60,289 nucleotides of DNA from an uncultured Methanosarcinales archaeon (GCA_964492935.1 CAZBLF010000004.1:1-60289), one strand, 5' to 3'; counted from the first letter of the stretch, positions 1 to 10,424 are shown. Numbers and translations: made by a program. The notes: generated from the sequence alone by a model not told the origin.

Positions 1-2
1 TA

Positions 3-95
3 ATCACCGCATGGATGAAAACAGAGAACTCACTCTTAACACATCTCAACGCTCCGTTCGGAGTAAATGTAATGATCGTAGCAAGAAAACGTTAA
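3..95 (+). CDS. 3' end of a gene truncated by the window edge, probably a class I SAM-dependent methyltransferase
   Basis: Frame 3 reads ITAWMKTENSLLTHLNAPFGVNVMIVARKR*. The PFG...ARK ending is typical of glycan-cluster methyltransferases. Confidence 0.5.
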   Translation: MTAWMKTENSLLTHLNAPFGVNVMIVARKR

Positions 96-104
96 CAAGA
101 GAGA

Positions 105-560
105 ATGAATCCAGATATACTTCTTGAAAATGAATTGTTACTTCTTGATACAATTGAACCTTCTTCAGAACAAGAGGAAAGAATACTGGATAATGTAAGG
201 CGTCTTTTGATGTATGGACACCGAAACAGAAATTATTCGAACTGCTGTGGCACCTACCTCTACGTAGTGGGTCAAGAAGATTCACTCTTGGGAATAGGTC
301 CACCTCAATTTACTTATTGGTATAATATAGAAAAAGCAAAAGCACCCTCACTCGGCTCTGCAGTCCTCCTATTCGATAAAGCTGAAGATGAGGAAGGTTC
401 ACTCAACCATGTAACATGCTTTCTCAAGCAAGAAGATGAGGAAGTACACGTATTTAATCAAAGAGGATCGGGAGGATCATTCGGAATTGATCGCGTTTCC
501 AAACTCAAGCCAGGATTTGGTACACACCACGACTATTTCAATGTCTCATTACCAGATTAA
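105..560 (+). CDS. Hypothetical protein, possible papain-like Cys/His fold
   Basis: 151-aa ORF with NCC...H...NQ spacing. Codon usage lacks the local C/A third-position bias. Confidence 0.6.
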   Translation: MNPDILLENELLLLDTIEPSSEQEERILDNVRRLLMYGHRNRNYSNCCGTYLYVVGQEDSLLGIGPPQFTYWYNIEKAKAPSLGSAVLLFDKAEDEEGSLNHVTCFLKQEDEEVHVFNQRGSGGSFGIDRVSKLKPGFGTHHDYFNVSLPD

Positions 561-2473
561 CAATTCGCAAAAATTCCTTTCAAATACTCATCAGGTAAAT
601 ACTCAGTAGAAACTTCAGCTAAATCACATAAACCACCCTCATGATCAGCACCCTGTTCCAGCAACACCCAATTGCCCTCTACAGCAACAACCCCATACCG
701 TTCAGAAGAAACCAAGAAAGAATACTGTTCTCGAGAGATCAGATTCGCACTTCTTTTCGCATCCTCCACCGCCTCGCCCAAGTCTAAGACAATATACTCA
801 GGAAATCCCGTAAATTCAGGTCTATTAACTACATCCTTCAGCCGATACGCATGCTCTCGCCCACTCAAATGAGGAATAACCCAATTAGCTGCCGCAACCG
901 AAGCATCTTCCGGCACCAGCGAAATAATACTCATCCCATTCTCAACATACGGCGAGGAAGGATTAAAATCCGAGACATCATATAACAACGCAAACGGACC
1001 ATAAAAGGAAAACGACAGCACGCTAGTAGCCAAAGCAAAGAACGCAAGCGCAGGAACAATATTCTTCCTCACAACATACTTGAGTTTCAGTTTCGGCAAC
1101 CATTTGTTCAACACAACAATCCCAAATAATGCAGAAAGAATAACAAACACAATCGAGCTGACCTGGTGATGATACACAATATCAGCTAATGAACTTCCCT
1201 GCCGAGCAACCAAGATGCCAAATTCAGTAGTTCCCAACAAAAGGATGGGCAACCCAAACAACGACAACACTCCAAATCCATATTCCATGAACAACAACCC
1301 TAACAATCCAATCGTGTCCACAGAAAACAGGTGCTTAATCGTATCTAAGGGAGTATCGTTGTAATAATTAAAGACATCAAAGCTAATTCCTCTAGGGAAT
1401 CGCTCAATAAAGTAAGGAATCACAACCTCCAAGTTAACGTACAACCATACTGCACCTATTACAGCCAACACCGCACCAAACACCCTCTTTTTATCTTTCA
1501 AAAACAAGTAAATACCAAACGGAACCAACAGCAAAGCAAGATTTTCCTTACATAAGCCTGCCAACACCAAGAACAACACCATCAATCCATAGCGCTTCTC
1601 CACCAAGAAATACACAGCATACATCAAGAACGGAACCGCTAACGTTAAGGGATGAAAATCAAATAAAGCAGGGTACCATAAAGCAGGAACAAAAAAGTAA
1701 CCAACAAACAAAGCAAAAGCCGCAATCTCATGTTTCAAATACTTGCGCCCAAGTAAAAACAAAGGAATCGAACCAATAGCAATGGCCAAAGACTGAATCA
1801 CAATCAGCGTCAGAGGACTAGAAAACAGCCAATACACTGGAGTCAACAAAAACAAGATAGGCTGTACATGATCTGCAAGTATAGAGAAACTTAAAATCGA
1901 GCTAAAGACAGAACCCTGCGCATATCCGTGCATCACCTGGTTGTATAATCCCAAATCAAAGGCCGTAGAGTAAAAGGAGTGATGTTTCAAGCTAGCAAGC
2001 AACGTAACCACAACAAAGAACAATGCAGCAGCACAATAAACAAACTTCATCGGAATCTTCTTGCTTTTAATCTCAACATCCAACAGCAATAAAGCAAGCA
2101 ACACATACAAACTCAGAGCAACCATCAATAGCAATAAAGACGGTAACGACGAGAAAGAAGCAAAATTGCTAGGAATAGCAACAAAAGAAGTCACAGGAAA
2201 TAAACCAAGTACAAAAAACGAGAGAAACGCAATACTTTGCTTCTTCCGAACAACATCAAGTGCAATCTTCGATCTTTTTACAACAAAAGAGCAAATCCCA
2301 TGCCAAACTCCGAGGAATAAAGCAACAAACAAACAAACAACCAACAAACTCAAACCAACATTGTTCATGGCATTTCCAATACCCACAACCAAGTTCAAAC
2401 TAAATAATCCAGTAAGAATTCCAGCTACAATAACCACAAGTCCAGAGAGCATAGATGATTGTTTCATACCCAT
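557..2473 (-). CDS. DUF2079-like multi-TM putative GT-C glycosyltransferase
   Basis: Motifs FDLGLYNQ, LADHVQPIL, FDFHP and CKEN; many TM helices. Confidence 0.8.
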   Translation of the reverse strand: MGMKQSSMLSGLVVIVAGILTGLFSLNLVVGIGNAMNNVGLSLLVVCLFVALFLGVWHGICSFVVKRSKIALDVVRKKQSIAFLSFFVLGLFPVTSFVAIPSNFASFSSLPSLLLLMVALSLYVLLALLLLDVEIKSKKIPMKFVYCAAALFFVVVTLLASLKHHSFYSTAFDLGLYNQVMHGYAQGSVFSSILSFSILADHVQPILFLLTPVYWLFSSPLTLIVIQSLAIAIGSIPLFLLGRKYLKHEIAAFALFVGYFFVPALWYPALFDFHPLTLAVPFLMYAVYFLVEKRYGLMVLFLVLAGLCKENLALLLVPFGIYLFLKDKKRVFGAVLAVIGAVWLYVNLEVVIPYFIERFPRGISFDVFNYYNDTPLDTIKHLFSVDTIGLLGLLFMEYGFGVLSLFGLPILLLGTTEFGILVARQGSSLADIVYHHQVSSIVFVILSALFGIVVLNKWLPKLKLKYVVRKNIVPALAFFALATSVLSFSFYGPFALLYDVSDFNPSSPYVENGMSIISLVPEDASVAAANWVIPHLSGREHAYRLKDVVNRPEFTGFPEYIVLDLGEAVEDAKRSANLISREQYSFLVSSERYGVVAVEGNWVLLEQGADHEGGLCDLAEVSTEYLPDEYLKGIFANC

Positions 2474-2491
2474 AAGAAAGCAATTCTATTT

Positions 2492-3505
2492 TTAAGACTT
2501 TTTGTTGAGAAGTTCAATAACCGCATCCGCAAATCCAGAAACATCGTTAACATCAACAAGCTTACCTTTCTTCAAGACCTCAGGATGACTGCCTACAGAA
2601 AAAGCAACCGTAGGCTTACCACACTGAAAAGCCTCAACAATAGGGATGTCAAATCCCTCCCACAAACTACAAGTAGTATAAACGGAGCAAGCAGCATAAT
2701 ACTCGGGCAATTCCGCATCCGGAACAAATCCAGCAAACGTAACGCCTGACACCTGCATCGACTTCAATTGTTTAGAATACCCAGAGAATGTATGTTTCCC
2801 CACAATCACCAACTGAGCATCAGGAAACGATTTCTTAACCCGCTCAAAAGCCTGTAACAACAAATGAACACCCTTGTGCGGACTAATTCTGCCGACATAC
2901 AACAGCGTAGGGCCCGTGAGCGAGTGCTTCTTCCTAATCCGAGCACCAGAAACCGAACCGTTAAATCGTTTTGCATCAACAGGAATGTATTCAACCGTAC
3001 TCGCAACTCCCGTTTCTTTCTTTAACACACCAGCTAAGAATTTCGAAATAGAAACCGCTGCGTCACACGATCTAACGAAATGATTATTGAACGCATTAAA
3101 CAACTTCAGATACTGCTTTTCAAAAAAGGAATACGAATCAACAATTCCAACACCCGCATTATGGTACACATACTCAATCTTCGCGTTTTTTTTCTTTGCA
3201 CCAGCACCAAATACTGTCATTGGATACAAATGCGCAATGACACGATCAAAACCAGCCAATTCCTTTGCAACTCGACCAACCTTGAATACATCCATAAACA
3301 GCAACAACCGATACATCCGTTGAAAAAAACCATTTTTAGGCATTCCCAGTCCATGAACAGTTATTCCGGCAGGCTTCAAACTACCTTCCAACGTGTACAC
3401 ATGCACTTCATGCCCCTTTTTCTTGAGCTCAAGTGCCTGCCCCTCAACCAGCCTATCAATACCCGAAAACTCATGAAAAGTAGGTGTTAGTATGGCAATC
3501 TTCAT
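2492..3505 (-). CDS. Glycosyltransferase family 4
   Basis: YVGRISPHKG and EGFDIPIVEA motifs. Start moved to MKIAIL (3505), about 23 nt from the TATA box. Confidence 0.9.
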   Translation of the reverse strand: MKIAILTPTFHEFSGIDRLVEGQALELKKKGHEVHVYTLEGSLKPAGITVHGLGMPKNGFFQRMYRLLLFMDVFKVGRVAKELAGFDRVIAHLYPMTVFGAGAKKKNAKIEYVYHNAGVGIVDSYSFFEKQYLKLFNAFNNHFVRSCDAAVSISKFLAGVLKKETGVASTVEYIPVDAKRFNGSVSGARIRKKHSLTGPTLLYVGRISPHKGVHLLLQAFERVKKSFPDAQLVIVGKHTFSGYSKQLKSMQVSGVTFAGFVPDAELPEYYAACSVYTTCSLWEGFDIPIVEAFQCGKPTVAFSVGSHPEVLKKGKLVDVNDVSGFADAVIELLNKKS

Positions 3506-3519
3506 GTCCTTCATCAATG

Positions 3520-3543
3520 GAGAAACGTTTAAAAAGCTTTCTC
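3520..3543. promoter_or_regulatory. Bidirectional BRE-TATA promoter
   Basis: GAGAAACGTTTAAAAAGCTTTCTC reads as BRE+TATA on both strands, 22-23 nt from both divergent ATGs. Confidence 0.75.
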
Positions 3544-3557
3544 AACCTTCATACGAG

Positions 3558-4457
3558 ATGAAAGCACTTATCACTGGAGCAGGCGGTTTTGTCGGCGGCT
3601 ACCTCAAAAAGCATCTCGAAGAAAACGACATTGAGGTCGCAGGTCTAGATAAGCATCCCAATGACAACACCACCCATACCGCAGACATCCTAGATAAAGA
3701 CAAGATGACCGAAATCATCAAAGAGGTCTCACCCGATTTAATATTCCATCTCGCAGCCCAATCCTCAGTAAAGCAATCTTGGCAAGAGCCAGAAGTAACC
3801 AAGGAAGTCAACGTACAAGGAACAAAAAATCTTCTCGATGCCGTACAAGAGAATAATCTCAATCCAAAAATACTCCTAATCAGTTCAGCCGACGTCTACG
3901 GCATACCCGAAAAATTACCCATGAACGAAGACCTCCCTTTACAACCCGTTTCTCCCTATGGCAAGTCCAGAATCGAGCAAGAAAAGCTAGCACTCTCCTA
4001 CGACCTCAACATCATCATCTCACGCAGCTTCACCCATACCGGTCCAGGACAAAAACCTATTTTCGTTTGCAGCGACTTCGTAAAACAGGTAGCAGAAATC
4101 GAGAAAGGTACCAAAAAGGAACTAGTAACCGGAGATCTCTCCATAACAAGAGACATTATTGATGTAAGAGACATGGTAAACGCCTATCTCATCGCCATCC
4201 AAAAAGCAGAACCTAAACAAATCTACAATCTCTGCGGAAATAAAGGCTACAAACTCCAAGACATCGTAGATATCCTAAAAACCCTAACCAAAACCGAAAT
4301 CAACGTCAAGCAAGATCCCGACAAAATCCGAAAAAAAGACATTCCAGAAATGGTCGGCGACAACACCAAGTTCACCACCGCAACCAACTGGAAACCCAAA
4401 ATAGAAATGCAACAAACATTGAAAGACATGTTAGACTTCTGGCGAAAAGAATTGTAA
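3558..4457 (+). CDS. NAD-dependent epimerase/dehydratase, Rmd-like (GDP-4-keto-6-deoxymannose reductase)
   Basis: TGAGGFVG, HLAAQSSV, YGKSR and FTHTGPGQ motifs; start at MKALITG. Confidence 0.85.
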   Translation: MKALITGAGGFVGGYLKKHLEENDIEVAGLDKHPNDNTTHTADILDKDKMTEIIKEVSPDLIFHLAAQSSVKQSWQEPEVTKEVNVQGTKNLLDAVQENNLNPKILLISSADVYGIPEKLPMNEDLPLQPVSPYGKSRIEQEKLALSYDLNIIISRSFTHTGPGQKPIFVCSDFVKQVAEIEKGTKKELVTGDLSITRDIIDVRDMVNAYLIAIQKAEPKQIYNLCGNKGYKLQDIVDILKTLTKTEINVKQDPDKIRKKDIPEMVGDNTKFTTATNWKPKIEMQQTLKDMLDFWRKEL

Positions 4458-4526
4458 ACAATCACCATCCATTCTAGGAGACTACAAAACGTAAGGTTTA
4501 TAGACAGATTTGCACTCTCGAGCAAC

Positions 4527-5000
4527 ATGAAGAAATTCACAAAAGAGGAAATCGAGGGTACCAGAGATTACTTCAAAAAAAAAGGATTTGAAGAAGTAGA
4601 GGTTACTTTGGGCGAAAGAAATTTCAGCTATTTCGTTCTTCCCCAGTCACTAGCACCCGATCTACCAGATTTTGCAAACAGATGTAGTGGCGAACCTTCA
4701 GATGGATATGTGCTAGGTGTTTCAGATAGTATAGATGAACGCTTCAGGCAGTATGTAGCAGCCCACGAATTTATCGAGTTCACAGAAATAGGAATGGATG
4801 TAGAACACAGATGTGCAGGAGCACTTGAAGAGGAGTTACAACTAGTACCTCCCGAAATTAAGGATGAGTATGTTGAAATGAGAACTAAATTTTTTAGGAA
4901 TTTGATTGAGTATTGTTCAAAGCAACCGGATAGTTACACTCCAGCAGACATATCTGAATTTAAGCAATCGCTGAATTCACTAGAACAAGCAGCTAACTAG
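4527..5000 (+). CDS. Hypothetical protein
   Basis: 157-aa ORF with its own TATA (TTTATAGA); AAHEFIE motif; atypical codon usage. Confidence 0.7.
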   Translation: MKKFTKEEIEGTRDYFKKKGFEEVEVTLGERNFSYFVLPQSLAPDLPDFANRCSGEPSDGYVLGVSDSIDERFRQYVAAHEFIEFTEIGMDVEHRCAGALEEELQLVPPEIKDEYVEMRTKFFRNLIEYCSKQPDSYTPADISEFKQSLNSLEQAAN

Positions 5001-5006
5001 CGTAAA

Positions 5007-5348
5007 CTATTTCTTTCTAAACAAGAACCAACAACCTATCAACACACCAAGTACGGGCACAACATACACCTGAACCGTAAATGGAACACCAACCAATCCT
5101 AAATTGTAGCCAATAGCACCATAAAACGCAGTTCCCAAGATAAAACTCATAATCGACCTTTCAATAAGAGACAACGAAGGCAAGGCATACAATAAAAAGT
5201 AACCAGGAATGAAAAACAACCAAAACAATCCAAGAGTAAGCTTCAATACCGTAAAGACCGAAGTTGAATGAAACACAATCTTCAAAACAATAAACACTAC
5301 CAAGAACAAGGCCGACATTACTTTACCCTCATCAACCAATTTAGACAT
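5007..5348 (-). CDS. Small 4-TM membrane protein (DUF1616-like)
   Basis: LFFIPGY...SLIER pattern; overlaps the stop of the upstream gene. Confidence 0.7.
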   Translation of the reverse strand: MSKLVDEGKVMSALFLVVFIVLKIVFHSTSVFTVLKLTLGLFWLFFIPGYFLLYALPSLSLIERSIMSFILGTAFYGAIGYNLGLVGVPFTVQVYVVPVLGVLIGCWFLFRKK

Positions 5349-7020
5349 TGAGACACTCCACCCCAGGCTGCGTATTATGAACGAGAGAAACTAAAGGATT
5401 GGAATAAATCTCATTGGTCCAATTATTCGAAAGCAAAACCTCTCGAACCAAGCTATTATACTGACCAAAAGCCGGCTGCGAAGTCTGTTTTGTAATATAG
5501 ACATACTCCATATCACAAAGATCCTTCCGTGCATCTGCCAACGGAACACGCGCAGAGCGAATATAAGAATCAACGCACTCAAAAGACTCGTTCCTAGGCT
5601 TTAAATTCTGATCAAAGTAACAAAAGTCAAACACACCTCGATCATGAATCCTATCAATATATCCATCCGTAAATCCAAATGAAAAGTTACGCTGTAATGT
5701 ACCGGTCTGAATCAATTTAATGTAACTATTCGTTCCCACCTTAAACGCAAGATGTTCCGAATTGTACAAAGGCGCATTATGTATCAATGTATCAGAATAC
5801 AAATAATGCACCCACGCATCCGAAGGCAAATTAGCAGCTATCCACTGCAACCCATCCCAGTCATACTCATTCATAATTCCCTGATTCTTTCCGATATCGG
5901 CACCAAGCGAGCGAGAAAACAACAAAATAAACACAATACTAACAACAAACGGAATCAACGTCCTATACTTCTTACTCACAAACTGCAACACAAAATAGAG
6001 TGCCAAACCAATAAAGAAGGCAGCATAAATAATCCAGAACAACCGCTGAGCATACGCTCTCTTTCCTAAACCAAGATAAATCAAAAAACCAAGCAAGAAT
6101 GAATACAAGAACGAATAGCCCGTCAACTGCAACTTTTTCTTATGCATCAAAAAGAATACGCCGACACCCACTAAAGCAACAACTCCCATCCACCCCATCT
6201 GCGGAACATCAAAGGCAGGATATCCACCACGCGCAACATCAAAGTCAAATGCCCCCCGATATCCTTCAGTCTGCAAAAAGGTAGCAGAAAAAATAAGAAG
6301 AGAATAAAAGGTCAACGCACCAATAACCAAAACAAATACTCCCGTCTTCTTCAAAATCGCAGGAGAAATCTTCCTCTCACGATAAAATCGATACAAGAGA
6401 AACAAACCAAAAAATCCACCAGCATACACAAACTCAGGCTGATGAGATAGAGCAATTGCAGAAAACAAGAAAGCCATAATCCAAGGACCGTGCTTAGAAT
6501 CAAAAATCGTCAAAGACCATAAAGAGGCTATCATGTACGTTATCCCGGGAACCAACAACCAGTATCCCCAATAAATCAACGGCAGCAACCTTTTCTGCAA
6601 CATAAACAGGGCAAAAGGCAATGCAAGTAATGCAACCGCAACCGATCCCTTCCGCCACAACAAATACGCAGCCAACACCGCAAACAGGTAAATGAACACC
6701 GTAAGCATAAACAACGTATCGTGCGTCTCCATCCCAGTCAAAACACTAAAACTAGCCGCAAGCTCATACGGCAGCGGCGGGTGACTATCCAATACTCCTT
6801 CGTAACCACCAATCGAATACGGAGCAGCATACTTCAATCGTCCATCTTCCTTAGCATATTCAGTCATCGCATGATGAAAGAACGCATCCGAAGCAGAATA
6901 AGCGGTAGGAAACTCATGCTCAACAACGCCACCCCACGGCTTTCCAACAGCCAACATCAAGAAAACCAAGCTAAACACAACTACAGCAATCGCCTCATAT
7001 GGTATCTTAAATTTTGTAAT
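5341..7020 (-). CDS. Multi-TM putative GT-C-type membrane protein; probable ATT start at 7020
   Basis: ORF is open back to 7029. GAGGGG RBS lies 5 nt before ATT, giving MTKFKIPYEAIAVVVFSLV. SDAFFH luminal motif, many TMs. Confidence 0.75.
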   Translation of the reverse strand: MTKFKIPYEAIAVVVFSLVFLMLAVGKPWGGVVEHEFPTAYSASDAFFHHAMTEYAKEDGRLKYAAPYSIGGYEGVLDSHPPLPYELAASFSVLTGMETHDTLFMLTVFIYLFAVLAAYLLWRKGSVAVALLALPFALFMLQKRLLPLIYWGYWLLVPGITYMIASLWSLTIFDSKHGPWIMAFLFSAIALSHQPEFVYAGGFFGLFLLYRFYRERKISPAILKKTGVFVLVIGALTFYSLLIFSATFLQTEGYRGAFDFDVARGGYPAFDVPQMGWMGVVALVGVGVFFLMHKKKLQLTGYSFLYSFLLGFLIYLGLGKRAYAQRLFWIIYAAFFIGLALYFVLQFVSKKYRTLIPFVVSIVFILLFSRSLGADIGKNQGIMNEYDWDGLQWIAANLPSDAWVHYLYSDTLIHNAPLYNSEHLAFKVGTNSYIKLIQTGTLQRNFSFGFTDGYIDRIHDRGVFDFCYFDQNLKPRNESFECVDSYIRSARVPLADARKDLCDMEYVYITKQTSQPAFGQYNSLVREVLLSNNWTNEIYSNPLVSLVHNTQPGVECLNV

Positions 7021-7070
7021 TACAACCCCTCAACACGATATAACACAAATCTACTTTTAAATCTTTTGAA

Positions 7071-7135
7071 GATACTGCTGACGCCCAATGAGGCGTGTGA
7101 GCTTGCTCACAAGTACGCCGTGCCTCAGCAGTATC
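7071..7135. repeat. Hairpin element, short type, copy 1
   Basis: GATACTGCTGA...TCAGCAGTATC terminal IR with inner GGCGT/ACGCC and GTGAGC/GCTCAC stems. Core is 43/45 nt identical to the copy at 12682. Confidence 0.85.
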
Positions 7136-7196
7136 CTGATACTACTGAAGCCACTTATCCAACACATTTATAAAAGAAATTTTACTTTCAAGGACC

Positions 7197-8141
7197 ATGG
7201 AAACCATCCTAGTTACAGGCGCTGCAGGCTTTATTGGAAGCAATCTAACAGAGGAATTGCTTAAGAACAATAAAGTAATTGGCATCGATGACTTTAACGA
7301 TTATTACGATCCAAAGAGAAAGGAAAAGAACCTAGAGCAAGCAAAAACCCATGATAACTTCACCATTATCCAGGTAGATATTCGAGATAAAACAAGTCTA
7401 CAAGACATCTTCTCACAACACAAGATTGACAAAATCGTACATCTAGCTGCAAGAGCAGGAGTAAGACCCTCAATAGCAAATCCAGATCTCTACCAGGAAG
7501 TAAATGTCCAAGGAACAAGAAATCTGCTAGAATGCGCAACAGAATTCAAAGTAAAAACCTTCATCTTCGGTTCAAGTTCATCCGTATACGGCACCAATGA
7601 AAAAACACCCTTCAACGAAGAAGACGAATTAAACAACATCATCAGCCCGTATGCACAAACCAAGAAAGACGGAGAAGAATTGTGCAAAGAATTTCATAAT
7701 CAACACAACCTAAACATCACCTGTTTAAGATTTTTCACCGTGTATGGTCCAAGAGGCCGTCCAGATATGGCGCCCTACATCTTCACAACCAAAATCCTCA
7801 CCAACCAACCGATTGATAAGTATGGTGACGGTTCTTCACAAAGAGATTACACTTACGTAGCAGACATCGTACAAGGTATCGTAGCAGCACTAGAAAAGAA
7901 TCTAGAATTTGAGATCATTAACCTAGCGAGAGGAAAAACCATAACATTAAACCAGTTCATAGAAACCATAGAAAACGTAACAGAAAAGAAAGCAATCATC
8001 AACCAGATGGATAAACAAGAAGGAGACGTACCCATCACCTTCGGCGACATCACAAAAGCGAAATCATTATTAAACTATCAACCTTCCACCGACCTACAAG
8101 AAGGAATAAAAAACTTCATGGAGTGGTACCAAAATGAGTAA
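7197..8141 (+). CDS. NAD-dependent epimerase (UDP-glucuronate 4-epimerase-like)
   Basis: TGAAGFIG, HLAARAGVRPS, RFFTVYGPRGRPDMA motifs. Confidence 0.9.
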   Translation: METILVTGAAGFIGSNLTEELLKNNKVIGIDDFNDYYDPKRKEKNLEQAKTHDNFTIIQVDIRDKTSLQDIFSQHKIDKIVHLAARAGVRPSIANPDLYQEVNVQGTRNLLECATEFKVKTFIFGSSSSVYGTNEKTPFNEEDELNNIISPYAQTKKDGEELCKEFHNQHNLNITCLRFFTVYGPRGRPDMAPYIFTTKILTNQPIDKYGDGSSQRDYTYVADIVQGIVAALEKNLEFEIINLARGKTITLNQFIETIENVTEKKAIINQMDKQEGDVPITFGDITKAKSLLNYQPSTDLQEGIKNFMEWYQNE

Positions 8142-9003
8142 TGAAGGAATATCGATAGTAATCCCTGTCTACAACGAACAGCTCGCCCTAAAGGAAACCA
8201 TAGAGGCAGTGCATGAATCTATCAAAAACATCAGCGATCAAACCGAAATCATCGTAGTAAACGATGGAAGCAGCGATAACACCAGAGATACGCTTAAGGA
8301 TATTCAAAATATCAAAGTCATCAACAACGCCTACAACCTCGGTTATGGAGCTTCATTAAAGAAAGGAATCAAACTAGCAAAGTACAACTGGATTCTCATC
8401 ACCGATGCCGATGGAACCTATCCCATTAAAGATATTCCTCGATTAATCAAAGAACGAGACAACTACGACATGGTTGTAGGAGCTCGCATCTCAAAGAACG
8501 TCCACGTTCCCGCAATGAGAAAGCCCGCAAAGTGGATTCTAACGAAATTAGCAGAATTCCTAACCTCAAAAAAGATCCCAGACCTTAATTCAGGACTAAG
8601 AATCTTCAAAAAAGACATCGCAAAGGAATTCTGGCACCTCTTTCCGTCAAGATTCTCCTTTACCACGACAATAACACTAGCCTGTCTAACAAACGACTAT
8701 CTAGTAAAGTTCATCCCCATCGACTACTACAAACGAAAGGGAAAATCAACCGTCAGACCGATCAACGACTTCATGCACTTCAACAAAGTCATCTTCAAGA
8801 TTGTATTATATTTCAATCCGCTCAGATTTTTCCTCTGGCCAGGCTCAATTCTAGCAATCGCAGGATTCATCTACGGCCTCTACCAGGTACTCATTACAAC
8901 TCCCGGCAATCTAGGCCAATTTCCATTCATTCTCTTCCTAGCAGGCATCCAAATCATCATGCTTGGATTGCTAGCAGAAATCATGGTAAAGAGCCGTAAG
9001 TAA
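8134..9003 (+). CDS. Glycosyltransferase family 2 with C-terminal TMs
   Basis: VIPVYNE, NDGSSD, DADGTY, DLNSGLR motifs. Confidence 0.9.
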   Translation: MSNEGISIVIPVYNEQLALKETIEAVHESIKNISDQTEIIVVNDGSSDNTRDTLKDIQNIKVINNAYNLGYGASLKKGIKLAKYNWILITDADGTYPIKDIPRLIKERDNYDMVVGARISKNVHVPAMRKPAKWILTKLAEFLTSKKIPDLNSGLRIFKKDIAKEFWHLFPSRFSFTTTITLACLTNDYLVKFIPIDYYKRKGKSTVRPINDFMHFNKVIFKIVLYFNPLRFFLWPGSILAIAGFIYGLYQVLITTPGNLGQFPFILFLAGIQIIMLGLLAEIMVKSRK

Positions 9004-9717
9004 ATGAAATCATTCTCCATAAAAGATGTAGAGAAACATTACGATGATACGTTAGACTACGATGAGATCAACGATAAAACACCGTCTCATAACCTAAGAT
9101 TCATCGACGGCTTAAAGATGTCCAATCTAAAATCGGGAGCAAAAATTCTAAACCTCTTCTGCAGATCAGGAAAAGCAGAAGAATACTACAACAAAAAGCG
9201 AAAAAACCTCAAGTTCGATTCCATGGACGTCTCTGATAGATTAATCAAGGAAGCAAAAAAGAGATTCAAGAAAAATAAAGTAAAATCAACCATCAAAAAG
9301 TTCACAACACATACCCTACCCTACAAATCCAACAATTTCAACAACATCATCAGCTATGAAACCCTTGAGCACGTACCAAAACCAGGAAAATTAATCAGTG
9401 AATTCGCAAGAGTACTCAAAAAAGGAGGAGAATTAATCCTATCAACACCCAACACCTCGTGGGACTGGATTCATGAGCTGGTTGCCAAACTAAAGATTCA
9501 CCATCCTGAAGGACCTCACAGAATGGTACCAAGAAAAGAGATCATCAGACACCTTAACCGAGCAGGCTTCCAAATCAGAAAGGAAAAAACAGTCATCCTT
9601 GTCCCCGTAGGACCAAAAATACTAAGAAAGCTAGGCAGTATAATTGAAACCATGGGCGGAGAACCATTAAGAACACACATCTGCCTCAGAAGATACTTCG
9701 TAGCAACAAAAAAATGA
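9004..9717 (+). CDS. Class I SAM-dependent methyltransferase
   Basis: ETLEHV, RVLKKGG and STPN motifs; degenerate motif I (LNLFCRSG). Confidence 0.8.
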   Translation: MKSFSIKDVEKHYDDTLDYDEINDKTPSHNLRFIDGLKMSNLKSGAKILNLFCRSGKAEEYYNKKRKNLKFDSMDVSDRLIKEAKKRFKKNKVKSTIKKFTTHTLPYKSNNFNNIISYETLEHVPKPGKLISEFARVLKKGGELILSTPNTSWDWIHELVAKLKIHHPEGPHRMVPRKEIIRHLNRAGFQIRKEKTVILVPVGPKILRKLGSIIETMGGEPLRTHICLRRYFVATKK

Positions 9718-10421
9718 AAGTAGTAATACTATGTGGCGGAAAGGGAACCAGACTGAGGGAGTTTACAGAATCCATTCCTAAACCCTTAGTAGAATTAGGA
9801 GACAAACCCATTCTCTGGCACATCATGAAGATCTATGCAAACTACAGCCATAAAGACTTCATCCTCTGTCTCGGCTATAAAGCGAAAGAAATCGAGGACT
9901 ATTTCGCAAAAGAGGAAAACAAGGAACCCGATTGGAACATCACCTTCATCGATACCGGAGAAGACACCTCAAAAGGAGAAAGAATCAAGAAAGTGCAACC
10001 GCACATCGATGAAGAAAACTTCTTTGTAGCGTATGGAGACGACGTTGCCGATGTAGATCTCAACAAACTAGAAGAACTCCACCAAAAAGAGAATAAAATT
10101 GTAACACTAACCGCAATCAACCCAGAATCCCAGTTCGGAATCCTACAACTAGAGAACAACCAAGTCCAAGAGTTCATCGAAAAGCCACTTCTAGACCACT
10201 GGATCAATGGAGGATTCTTCATCTTCAACAAAAAGATCTTCGACCATATCAAACCCGGATATGATTTAGAGAAAGAAACCTTCCACGAACTAGCAAAGCA
10301 ACACGAAATCACCGCCTACAAGCACAAAGGCTTCTGGAAGTGCATGAACACCTTCAAAGACACGCAAGAACTCAACGAACTCTGGAACAACAAAAAAGCA
10401 CCCTGGAAAGTCTGGGAGTAA
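9714..10421 (+). CDS. rfbF: Glucose-1-phosphate cytidylyltransferase-like
   Basis: LCGGKGTRL, PKPLV, WHIMKIY, YGDDV, INGGFF, HKGFWKCM motifs. Confidence 0.85.
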   Translation: MKVVILCGGKGTRLREFTESIPKPLVELGDKPILWHIMKIYANYSHKDFILCLGYKAKEIEDYFAKEENKEPDWNITFIDTGEDTSKGERIKKVQPHIDEENFFVAYGDDVADVDLNKLEELHQKENKIVTLTAINPESQFGILQLENNQVQEFIEKPLLDHWINGGFFIFNKKIFDHIKPGYDLEKETFHELAKQHEITAYKHKGFWKCMNTFKDTQELNELWNNKKAPWKVWE

Positions 10422-10424
10422 ATA

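Noticed and set aside
7071..7135. Short element as a hammerhead ribozyme or C/D-box K-loop RNA
   Set aside because: No CUGANGA...GAAA core. The CTGA..GATGA pattern of copy 2 is broken (AATGA) in copy 1.
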